The notes below the pieces were generated by a model that saw only the letters and a program-made list of their open reading frames with translations, ran no database searches and was not told where the DNA came from. The position numbers and the translations under genes were made by a program. Below are positions 49,734-58,250 of a stretch of 64,000 bases of DNA, piece by piece (within the stretch, counting starts at the first letter, position 1; each line of letters begins with the position of its first letter). Source of the stretch: a virus; IMG/VR virus record IMGVR_UViG_3300023184_003849, positions 57,847 to 121,846 of that record; one strand, 5' to 3'.

Positions 49734-51493
49734 TAAGCATAAAGAATTTGACCGTTAAAAATTTCATGAGTGTGGGAGCGGCCACACAAGGTATTGACTT
49801 TGACCGCAACGACTTGACTTTGGTACTAGGCGAAAACTTAGACCTTGGCGGAGATGGATCACGCAACGGCACAGGCAAAACCACAATTATCAACGCACTA
49901 AGTTACGCCTTGTATGGCCAAGCACTCAGCAACATCCGCAAAGACAATCTGGTAAACAAGACCAATGGCCGGAACATGCTGGTCAGTCTAGACTTTTCAG
50001 TCAACGGTCAAGAATATAGAATTGAACGTGGGCGCAAACCCAATGTGCTGAAATTTTACGTAAATAACGAACAAAAAACAGCCGAGGACGAGGCACAGGG
50101 CGACAGTCGTGAAACACAAGACGCCATAGAACGTGTGATGAACATGAGTCATGACATGTTCAAGCATGTTTTGGCCTTGAACACTTATACCGAACCATTC
50201 TTGAGTTTAAAAGCCAATGACCAACGAACTATCATTGAGCAGTTGTTGGGGATTACTTTGCTATCAGAACGTGCTGATGCTATCAAAGAACTCAATCGTC
50301 AGACCAAAGATGCTATTCAACAAGAAGAATTTCGCATACGTGCTGTGCAAGAAGCCAACCGGCGCATAGAAGAACAGATTGAAAGTCTACGCAAACGTCA
50401 GCGGCTTTGGACAACCAAACGTGATGAAGATGTGGCCAAACTAGAACAAGCCATTGGGGATCTTGAACACATTGATATTGATGGTGAAGTGCAGGCACAC
50501 AGAGACTTGGACACATTTCATGAGCGCAAAAAAGCCACGGACGATGCCAACAGATACATCCGGCAGATTGCCGCAGATGATGTTCGGCTACAAAAGATCT
50601 TAGACAAACTCCGAACTGAAATTGCGGCGTTGGACAATCACAAGTGTCATTCATGCGGTCAAGACTTGCATGATAACAAACAGGAAGAGTTAAAACAAGC
50701 CAAAGAAGAACTGGTGCGTGAAACTGCATTGCAACTTTTGGCCAACGACACGCAACGTCAAAGACACCAAGACACACTGACCCAGATTGGTGAGTTGGTT
50801 TCTGCACCCACGGTGTTTTACGATTCACTGGAACAGGCTTTAAATCATCGCAATACTGTGGAAACCTTGCGCAAAGATTTGACCACACGATCTGCAGATG
50901 TAGATCCATACGAAGAACAAATCACAGACATGCAGGGTCAGGCTCTTCAGGTTGTTACTTACGACGCATTAAACGAACTGACAAGATTACAGGATCACCA
51001 AGATTTCTTGCTCAAACTGTTGACATCCAAGGATTCATTTGTTCGCAAGAAGATTATTGATCAAAATTTAAGTTATCTAAACGCACGACTCACACACTAC
51101 TTGGATCGCATTGGATTGCCACACACTGTGAAGTTCCAAAACGATCTCACAGTGAGTATCGAAGAACTAGGCCGAGAACTAGACTTTGATAACTTGAGTC
51201 GTGGTGAGCGCAATCGTTTAATATTAAGTATGAGTTGGGCATTCCGTGATGTTTGGGAAAGTTTGTACTCACCTATCAACTTGTTGTTTATTGACGAGTT
51301 GATTGACAATGGTTTGGACACACAAGGTGTAGAGAATGCTCTAGCCTTGCTGAAAAAGATGAGCCGAGAGCGTCACAAATCAATCTGGCTGGTTTCACAT
51401 AGAGACGAACTGGCCGGTCGTGTGGAGAACATTCTCAAAGTTGTAAAAGAGAATGGTTTTACCACTTACAACACGGATGTTGATCTAGCATAA
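49730..51493 (+). CDS. gp46: Recombination ATPase subunit (Rad50/SbcC-like)
   Basis: Walker A NGTGKTT, coiled coil with CHSC zinc hook, LSRGE signature, Walker B LLFIDE, VSH. Confidence 0.93.
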   Translation: MISIKNLTVKNFMSVGAATQGIDFDRNDLTLVLGENLDLGGDGSRNGTGKTTIINALSYALYGQALSNIRKDNLVNKTNGRNMLVSLDFSVNGQEYRIERGRKPNVLKFYVNNEQKTAEDEAQGDSRETQDAIERVMNMSHDMFKHVLALNTYTEPFLSLKANDQRTIIEQLLGITLLSERADAIKELNRQTKDAIQQEEFRIRAVQEANRRIEEQIESLRKRQRLWTTKRDEDVAKLEQAIGDLEHIDIDGEVQAHRDLDTFHERKKATDDANRYIRQIAADDVRLQKILDKLRTEIAALDNHKCHSCGQDLHDNKQEELKQAKEELVRETALQLLANDTQRQRHQDTLTQIGELVSAPTVFYDSLEQALNHRNTVETLRKDLTTRSADVDPYEEQITDMQGQALQVVTYDALNELTRLQDHQDFLLKLLTSKDSFVRKKIIDQNLSYLNARLTHYLDRIGLPHTVKFQNDLTVSIEELGRELDFDNLSRGERNRLILSMSWAFRDVWESLYSPINLLFIDELIDNGLDTQGVENALALLKKMSRERHKSIWLVSHRDELAGRVENILKVVKENGFTTYNTDVDLA

Positions 51494-52449
51494 TGTTCAA
51501 TCTTGCAACCAAAACTATACTTCAAATAGAACCAACCACAGTATGCGGACTAGAGTGCCCTCAATGTGCTAGATACTTTGACAATCAAATAAATCCACTC
51601 ATGCAATCTGCTGAACTAACATTAGAAGATGTGCAACAACTATGTCCAGTTGAATGGGTACAAGGTTTAGAAAAAATGTTCATGTGCGGCACTTACGGCG
51701 AACCAGCGGCTGCTCATGACTGTTTGGAAATTTTTCGTTGGTTTAGAAAAATTAATCCTAATATTACATTGGGCATGAATACCAGTGGTAGTTTGCGTAA
51801 CATAGAGTGGTGGCAAGAACTTGGAACTATTTTGAATCAACCACTAGATTATGTTGTTTTTAGTATCGACGGACTAGAAGATACTAATCATGTTTATAGA
51901 CGCAACAGTAATTGGAATAAAATCATGAACAGCGTTCAAGCATACATTACAGCAGGTGGTCATGCTCATTGGGACATGTTGGTATTTGAGCACAATAAAC
52001 ACCAAATTGATCAAGCCAAAGAATTAGCCACACATATGGGATTCTCTTGGTTTCGTACCAAGTACACAGACCGCCCAATAACAAAAAATATACAATGGTT
52101 AAAAAAAGTACCGGAGGCTATTGAAAATTCTACTAAAAGCGATCAAATAATCTGCCATTATGAAACTACTAACCAGGCTTATCTTAGCGCACAAGGACAA
52201 TGGTTTCCTTGTTGTTACATTGGTGGAAAAATACATTACCCAGACACAAGCGGTCAAGAATTACGAGGAATTTTTAATAGCCAGGACCTGCCTCAGGATT
52301 TTAAGACAGTTCATCACAGCGGTGCCTGGACCACTGTTTGGAAAAGTTGGAACCATCGACCATTATCAGTGTGTTTAGACCATTGTGCTGCCAGTAGAGA
52401 ACAACCAAAAGTTTTAAATAAATGGAAACAAGAAATTCAACTGCACTAG
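51493..52449 (+). CDS. Radical SAM enzyme with C-terminal twitch-like domain
   Basis: CGLECPQC, GTYGEP, FSIDG; C-terminal C..PCC..C...C. Confidence 0.88.
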   Translation: MFNLATKTILQIEPTTVCGLECPQCARYFDNQINPLMQSAELTLEDVQQLCPVEWVQGLEKMFMCGTYGEPAAAHDCLEIFRWFRKINPNITLGMNTSGSLRNIEWWQELGTILNQPLDYVVFSIDGLEDTNHVYRRNSNWNKIMNSVQAYITAGGHAHWDMLVFEHNKHQIDQAKELATHMGFSWFRTKYTDRPITKNIQWLKKVPEAIENSTKSDQIICHYETTNQAYLSAQGQWFPCCYIGGKIHYPDTSGQELRGIFNSQDLPQDFKTVHHSGAWTTVWKSWNHRPLSVCLDHCAASREQPKVLNKWKQEIQLH

Positions 52450-52450
52450 T

Positions 52451-53053
52451 ATGAAAATATTAATTACCGGTACATCAAGTGGATTAGGCCAAGAATTAGT
52501 CAGCCGTTTGCATCATCATAACGTTGTTGCACTAACTAGACAACTGCTAGATTTGTCAGACATTAAATCTGTTGTTAACTATGACCCAGGATTTTGCGAT
52601 ATTTTGATAAACTGTGCTGGCACAGATCTTGGTGGTAAAATTGATTTTGTAAATCATCGAACCCAGCACGTGGTTAATATTTTAAATACAAATCTTATTG
52701 CGCCTATATTGTTGAGCAAACAGGCATTGTCAACCAATTCTAAATGTAAAATTGTAAACATCACTAGTACCAACAATAACAGATACCATGCCAATAACTT
52801 GTGTTATAGTTTGAGCAAAAAGGCATTGGCAGAATTTGGGGCAATGTTAAAAGTTGAGTATCCAGATGTTGATTACTTAGAAATTAAACTGGGTCTTGTC
52901 AAGACCGAATTTAATCGCAACAGATATAAATATGAACCTGATCGATTTTCTGATATCTATCAACTCCCATATTTGACTGTGAGTCAGGCTGCCGACATAA
53001 TTGTACCTGCTATACTCAACTCTTCAATTAAATCTATCGAAGTTGCACCATGA
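52451..53053 (+). CDS. Short-chain dehydrogenase/reductase
   Basis: TGTSSGLG, NCAG, YSLSK (YxxxK). Confidence 0.9.
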   Translation: MKILITGTSSGLGQELVSRLHHHNVVALTRQLLDLSDIKSVVNYDPGFCDILINCAGTDLGGKIDFVNHRTQHVVNILNTNLIAPILLSKQALSTNSKCKIVNITSTNNNRYHANNLCYSLSKKALAEFGAMLKVEYPDVDYLEIKLGLVKTEFNRNRYKYEPDRFSDIYQLPYLTVSQAADIIVPAILNSSIKSIEVAP

Positions 53054-54147
53054 AGTATCCTTGGCAATTATATCATTGGCATTTTGAAGTCAGCGGCAAA
53101 TGTACACTCAAATGCCCTCGTTGTCCTCGCAATGATACCGCCCCAGTTGCTTGGATTAACAAAGAACTTGATCTTGAATTTTTTAAGAAAACTCTAACAC
53201 CAGACTTGTTGAAAAACACAGTGAAACGTGTTACAATGTGTGGAGATGTTGGTGATCCTATCTATGCTAGTGAATTTTTAGAGATTGTTGAGTATGTTAA
53301 ACAAAACAATCCAAAAATTCATGTGTATACTATTACCAATGGAAGTTATAGGAAGCCTGATTGGTGGAAAAAGTTTGCTAGTATCAGTAACGAATACGAT
53401 ACTATAAATTTCAGTATTGATGGGTACGATAATCAGTCTAACAATTTATATCGTATCGGCAGCGATTGGAAATCAATCATGACTGGTATGGATATCATGT
53501 GCAAAGAAAGTTCTGCGTTTGTGTATTGGGCTACTATATTGTTTTCGTTTAACCAAGATCATAGAGATAGCATATTGACGCAGGCAAAAAATATTGGGTG
53601 CGACGGTGTTCAGTTTACCTATAGCACAAAGTTTGGCAGTAAATACGGCGAAGCATATGGTGGTGCTACAGATCCATTGGAGCCACGTAATGAGTTTATT
53701 AGTCAAACTCATCGATACGAAAGAGAATTAATAGGTCTGAGCGACCGTTTGCCGTTAAACAACTCTTATCTTGATCATAACAAACAAAAGTATATTGAAA
53801 TTAAACAAAAACACAATTCTTTTGTTACTCCTATGTGTAGCATAGGCAATCGAGGTCTTTATGTAAGTGCAGATGGTGTATTACATCCTTGCAGTTGGGT
53901 GAGTTTTCCTTATGTGTCTATGTCAACTGATCGTAAAACTATAAATTTTAAAGACAGTTTCCACCAGACCTATAGAGATCAACTAGACCTTACACAACAC
54001 ACTTTGCATAATGTATTAGATAATGACATTTGGGCTAAACTATTTGATTCTTTTGACGATGCTGGCCGTGCCTGGGTCGAGTGTGAACAAAAATGCAACT
54101 GCAATCTAGTCAATGAAGAGTACGCTGTGGGATGGTTGACAAATTAG
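53050..54147 (+). CDS. Radical SAM enzyme with C-terminal twitch-like domain
   Basis: CTLKCPRC, GDVGDP, TNG, FSIDG; C-terminal C..G..HPC..C...C. Confidence 0.88.
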   Translation: MKYPWQLYHWHFEVSGKCTLKCPRCPRNDTAPVAWINKELDLEFFKKTLTPDLLKNTVKRVTMCGDVGDPIYASEFLEIVEYVKQNNPKIHVYTITNGSYRKPDWWKKFASISNEYDTINFSIDGYDNQSNNLYRIGSDWKSIMTGMDIMCKESSAFVYWATILFSFNQDHRDSILTQAKNIGCDGVQFTYSTKFGSKYGEAYGGATDPLEPRNEFISQTHRYERELIGLSDRLPLNNSYLDHNKQKYIEIKQKHNSFVTPMCSIGNRGLYVSADGVLHPCSWVSFPYVSMSTDRKTINFKDSFHQTYRDQLDLTQHTLHNVLDNDIWAKLFDSFDDAGRAWVECEQKCNCNLVNEEYAVGWLTN

Positions 54148-54148
54148 T

Positions 54149-54688
54149 ATGAATCAATTTAAAATTGAAACTCATGCCAGTTGGGGACGAACTGCTCCGC
54201 AAATATGTGTAAACAATCAAATACTAACCATTCCTGTAGGTACAAGTTTAGTTGAACTACCGGCACAAGATTTAGAAACATTGACTATAGATTTTTTTAG
54301 TAAAAAAGAGTCTGACACTATTATAGATGAATCAGGGCAAATCGTGGCAGATACAGAATGGCGTATAACTACTATTTGGTGCGACCAAATACGCCTAGAG
54401 TCTTGGTTTCGAAACGATGCAATTTATCGCCCAAAATATTTTTCTGGATTTTTAAAAAATAATCCTGATGCGCCAACAGAGATTACGGCTCCGTATCAAT
54501 TTAACTTTTGCGGAACTATCAATTGGCAATGGCAAGGAGATTTCTGGGAATGGTACTTCCATGAAAAAAACAAAAGAGAAGTTATTAATTTTTTAGACAA
54601 AGATCCCGACCGTGTTTGGAAGTTTCGTGGCAATACAGAATCTTGCGATGATCTTGTGACTGGTATTCGAAACATATTAAATTTATGA
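54149..54688 (+). CDS. Hypothetical protein (179 aa)
   Basis: ORF coupled within the cassette; no family recognised. Confidence 0.7.
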   Translation: MNQFKIETHASWGRTAPQICVNNQILTIPVGTSLVELPAQDLETLTIDFFSKKESDTIIDESGQIVADTEWRITTIWCDQIRLESWFRNDAIYRPKYFSGFLKNNPDAPTEITAPYQFNFCGTINWQWQGDFWEWYFHEKNKREVINFLDKDPDRVWKFRGNTESCDDLVTGIRNILNL

Positions 54689-56256
54689 AACATTTTGCAT
54701 TTATTAATACTCCCAGTGTAGAACTAGAGCGCCCGCCTGCGGCAGCCGCGGTGATCTCTGCATGTGCAAAATCAGTAGGATGGACTTGTGATCAGTTTGA
54801 TTTTAATCTTTACTTGAATCATGCTGTTGATTCAGACACTTGGCAAGAACTAGAGCAATACTGGAGATGTAAGAGACTAGAGTTAACTGCTGCCACCAAA
54901 AAAAAATTAGATCGAGTTCTAGGCGACTTTATAGACAGTATAGTATATACCAACCCTGATATGATAGGTGTTACTGTGTTTAGCCGTATGAGTGTAATGG
55001 CAGCATGGATAGTATTGCAAGCATTACGTGACAAATACAAAGGCAAGATTGTGATAGGTGGTAGTGGAAGTTATGCATGGCCCGGTAGTTTACCTAGTAT
55101 GGATGCCAACAGTTTAGATTCGTCTACATTTGCTGATTATGCTCACAAAGTTGGATTAGTTGATTATTTTATACAAGGTGATGGAGAAGAGGCATTTGTT
55201 GAATTACTCAATGGTAACGAAATGTATCCAGGTATTAATGGCCAACCTCCTAAGCAAATTGAAAATTTAAACACACTACCTCTTCCTGATTACACTGGAA
55301 TTGAACCAGGAAAATATTTTTACACCCACGAACCAGGCATCTATGTTACTGCAAGTCGCGGATGTGTTCGTAAATGTTCATTCTGTAATATCCCCGAAAT
55401 GTGGCCAAAATTTAAAAACCGCACTGCTGATAATGTTATTCAGGAAATTATAAACGGTAAAAAAAAATTTGGGGTTAACCTGTTTCATTTTACTGACAGT
55501 CTTCTTAACGGCAATATGAAAGTATGGAGAGAAATCAATCATCAATTGAAAGAACTTAGACAGTCAGATCCAGATTTTAAAAACATCAAATATATGGGAC
55601 AGTTTATTTGTCGTACTAGACTTGATCAAACAGAAAGTGATTGGGAATTGATGGCGGCTGCTGGAGCCAATCTGTTTGTAACTGGCATTGAGAGTTTTAG
55701 TTATCGTGTTAGAAAACACATGGGCAAAAATTACAGCGATGCTGATATAGATTTTCACTTCAAGATGAGCGCCTGGCACGGTATTAAAAATATTAGCCTG
55801 ATGTTTATTGGCTATCCTACAGAAACGTTAGAGGACCATGAGTGTAATATAGAGTTTTTGCATCGGTATCGCAAATATGCCCTCAGTGGAGTTATCCATG
55901 CAGTTCGTTGGGGATATACTGGTATGTTCAGAGAAAGTGACAAACTGGAAAAATTTGGTGATGTAAAAATTATTACAGATCCAGATTTTTCCAAAAGATT
56001 TAGCAACTTGCCTCAAGGCATTAGAGACATCGCATTGGGTTTTGGTTGGATCAATAAACTCAATCCAACCTTAGATCTGCGAGAGCGCATTCGTCGACGA
56101 CTTGAATTACACGAAGTTAGTGTAAAATTAGGATGGCCACAAACACGAAGCAGAGAAGAATTACAAATACTTTATAATATTTTAGAAAATTTGAATCGTA
56201 ATCAGGTAGATGGACAAGATTTTGAAGAACTAGAAACATTGTTAGATTTTCATTAA
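54685..56256 (+). CDS. Cobalamin-binding (class B-type) radical SAM enzyme
   Basis: N-terminal Rossmannoid B12-binding-like region (PP.AA..ISA, D.N, IVIGG, GDGE), LP.PDY, SRGCVRKCSFC, DSL.NG, GIES, GYPTET. Confidence 0.88.
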   Translation: MKHFAFINTPSVELERPPAAAAVISACAKSVGWTCDQFDFNLYLNHAVDSDTWQELEQYWRCKRLELTAATKKKLDRVLGDFIDSIVYTNPDMIGVTVFSRMSVMAAWIVLQALRDKYKGKIVIGGSGSYAWPGSLPSMDANSLDSSTFADYAHKVGLVDYFIQGDGEEAFVELLNGNEMYPGINGQPPKQIENLNTLPLPDYTGIEPGKYFYTHEPGIYVTASRGCVRKCSFCNIPEMWPKFKNRTADNVIQEIINGKKKFGVNLFHFTDSLLNGNMKVWREINHQLKELRQSDPDFKNIKYMGQFICRTRLDQTESDWELMAAAGANLFVTGIESFSYRVRKHMGKNYSDADIDFHFKMSAWHGIKNISLMFIGYPTETLEDHECNIEFLHRYRKYALSGVIHAVRWGYTGMFRESDKLEKFGDVKIITDPDFSKRFSNLPQGIRDIALGFGWINKLNPTLDLRERIRRRLELHEVSVKLGWPQTRSREELQILYNILENLNRNQVDGQDFEELETLLDFH

Positions 56257-56316
56257 AATTCACAGTAAGGCAGCAAAAGAGATAACTACAACGCAAGGAT
56301 AAATCGCACACGACAC

Positions 56317-56745
56317 ATGACATGGCTATATCAAGACACTCCAGTTGAGACGTTGCCCGAAGAATGTGTTGGATTTGTTTACTTGATCACAAACAATCTC
56401 ACTGGACGCAAGTACATAGGCAAAAAATTAGCAAAATTCGCAAAAACAACATACCGGACTGTAAAACAACGAAACGGCACAAAAAAGCGGAAACGGATAC
56501 GCTCTAAAATCGATTCAGATTGGAGAGAGTACTATGGGTCAAGCCCAGAATTAACCGCAGACGTAAACACACTAGGCACCGAAAACTTCACCAGAGAAAT
56601 ACTTTACTATTGCCGATCCAAGTCTGAATGCTCATACATCGAGGCTAGAGAACAATTCGCAAGACGAGTATTGGAATCACGAGATTATTACAATGGCCAC
56701 ATCCAGGTCAGGGTGCATGGCTCACACATACTAAACAAAATTTAA
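56317..56745 (+). CDS. Stand-alone GIY-YIG endonuclease (Seg/EndoII-like)
   Basis: GFVYLITN..GRKYIGKK, YYGSS, F.REIL, E, YN motifs; basic insertion KKRKRIRSK. Confidence 0.88.
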   Translation: MTWLYQDTPVETLPEECVGFVYLITNNLTGRKYIGKKLAKFAKTTYRTVKQRNGTKKRKRIRSKIDSDWREYYGSSPELTADVNTLGTENFTREILYYCRSKSECSYIEAREQFARRVLESRDYYNGHIQVRVHGSHILNKI

Positions 56746-57172
56746 CAGGCAGCAAAAGACACAGTGGTAGGTGACATGGCCTACCCCCATTGAGGAACGG
56801 TGAGATACCCGGTCTGGACTTGGGCGTCAAAGGCAATTGCTAACTTAAGGCAACAAAGGATCGGGGCTCTGTGAAACAGATACAACCCTGGCTTATAGGA
56901 CTTGGATCTATCTCGGGTCACTAGGGTTCCGTTGATATGTGAAGCGTGAGTAGGGGGTACCGGTCAACCGCCTCCGTGTGTGCAAACACAATCTCATTAG
57001 TATAGATGACTGCTGTCACTCGGATGATGCGCTCTCATTTTTTCACCGTGCATACGGTGAATTATGACCACAGTATCTGGATGATACTACAAAACAATAT
57101 TTAGAAAACAATCCATTGATGAACGAAGTGAATCAATAGACTTGCGTAGCAAGTCTCGAAAGCAAATAATGA
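56746..57172 (+). ncRNA. Candidate highly structured non-coding element (about 430 nt; RNA and/or ssDNA structure)
   Basis: Only large ORF-free gap in the window; at least nine stem-loops found by eye, including a GNRA-capped stem and G-U-containing helices; strand inferred from wobble pairs and from the upstream gene. Confidence 0.55.
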
Positions 57173-57403
57173 TTAGAAAAAGGGTAGGCCTGACTTTTTC
57201 GTTGTCTCCAAGTTCTCTTTGATTAAATCACCAATTGCTTCTCGATCACTGGAACTCAAGGCCATGGCTTGGTCATAGGTCAATCCTCCCCGCATGTACC
57301 AACTGAATTTTATTGCCTCTTGTTTGATCTGTTGACATTCCTTGTCCATGGTCTCTATCAACTGATTGATTTCCTGGGGATTTGAGATCAGGAGGCGTCC
57401 CCG
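57173..57403 (-). CDS. gp51-like baseplate/tail assembly chaperone segment, probably made as a -1 frameshift extension of gp26 (alternative own ATG at 57349)
   Basis: W.MRGG.TY..AM.LS..DR..I..LIKEN; frame is -1 relative to gp26 and open across the slippery site. Confidence 0.65.
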   Translation of the reverse strand, partial: RGRLLISNPQEINQLIETMDKECQQIKQEAIKFSWYMRGGLTYDQAMALSSSDREAIGDLIKENLETTKKSGLPFF

Positions 57404-58227
57404 AAAAAACTTGCCATGTCCAAGGTAAAGGGCTGTGCGTACTGGTGACTGCATTCTGTGCAGGTCAACTCAACTGGTTTGATCTCACTGGCCTGTTTGA
57501 GACTGATGGCATGATCTCTCAGTTGAGCAAATGTTCTGCTGTCACAGTTGCGTAAGAATTCCAAAATGTGATCAACTTCAGTCACCAGTGCATCTGGTGT
57601 CTTGATGGCGCCAATGCTTTGAGCAATGGTTTTGAGCGTGAGTTCATTGATGATCTTCATACTCCGGTTCAACTGCTCCAGTTTAGCAGTTTCTTCGATT
57701 TGATCACTGTCAATGCTTCTCAAGGCCTGTTGCTGTTCAAACTGTGTTTGATTGTTTTGATTGACGTCTCGGTAGTTGATGGGTCGGAAATAAAATTCAA
57801 GATTGCCCAAGGCCAGGCTCTTGTCATAGTCTCCAGGACGTATTTGATCATTGATGGCTCGTAGATCTAGTGTGAGATCTTCGGTGTGATTGCAACTGGG
57901 GCAGGTGCTGGCAATGTCCATGCCATGGCCAAAACTGGCAATTCTTATGGCCACCAACACAGCGTCAATGTCAGTGCTGGGCATGGCCCAAGGGTCTCTA
58001 ATGCTGGGCACACAACTCTGGATCACACTCACAATGGCTGATCCGTTGAACAAGGCATCAGGTGTGCGATAGGTTATTTCATCTACTGCTGTCATGGGCA
58101 ATACAGGCAATTCGCCATTGGGCGGCATGTTTAAACTGCCTGTAGGGTAGAATTTGCCTCCTGAAGGCAGTCTAATGTGTATTGCAGGTTGTCTAAAGTA
58201 CTGACTGAGGGGGTTTGGTTGTTGCAT
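57388..58227 (-). CDS. gp26: Baseplate hub assembly chaperone (gp26-like)
   Basis: NPL..YFRQP...LPS.G..Y, PMTA.DE...TPDAL.NG, D.D..L.AIRIAS.G, CPSC ... CTEC, ends SFFG. Confidence 0.8.
   Translation of the reverse strand: MQQPNPLSQYFRQPAIHIRLPSGGKFYPTGSLNMPPNGELPVLPMTAVDEITYRTPDALFNGSAIVSVIQSCVPSIRDPWAMPSTDIDAVLVAIRIASFGHGMDIASTCPSCNHTEDLTLDLRAINDQIRPGDYDKSLALGNLEFYFRPINYRDVNQNNQTQFEQQQALRSIDSDQIEETAKLEQLNRSMKIINELTLKTIAQSIGAIKTPDALVTEVDHILEFLRNCDSRTFAQLRDHAISLKQASEIKPVELTCTECSHQYAQPFTLDMASFFGDAS
57403..57409 (-). promoter_or_regulatory. Putative -1 ribosomal frameshift slippery heptamer T TTT TTC
   Basis: AGT TTT TTC in the gp26 frame, five codons before the stop; the -1 frame continues 76 codons. 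Confidence 0.65.
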
Positions 58228-58239
58228 ATTTTTCTCCGG

Positions 58240-58245
58240 TAAATA
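58240..58245 (+). promoter_or_regulatory. Late promoter core TAAATA
   Basis: TAAATA-TAATT-ATG (58251), no SD. Confidence 0.6.
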
Positions 58246-58250
58246 TAATT

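Noticed and set aside
56791-56897. RNase P RNA-like fragments (GAGGAA... and ACAGA..ACCCTGGCTTAT)
   Set aside because: Spacing is only about 100 nt and the P4 pairing GAAAGUCC/GGCUU is not present
57019-57087. Hammerhead ribozyme or group II intron domain V
   Set aside because: GGATGAT is not CUGAUGA with a matching GAAA core; the ACCGTGCATACGGT hairpin is too short and lacks the bulge of domain V
56746-57172. Group I intron around the GIY-YIG gene
   Set aside because: No interrupted host gene (flanking genes are complete and convergent) and no canonical P7 GACUA/UAGUC core found; only a weak ATCTAT/ATAGAT pairing
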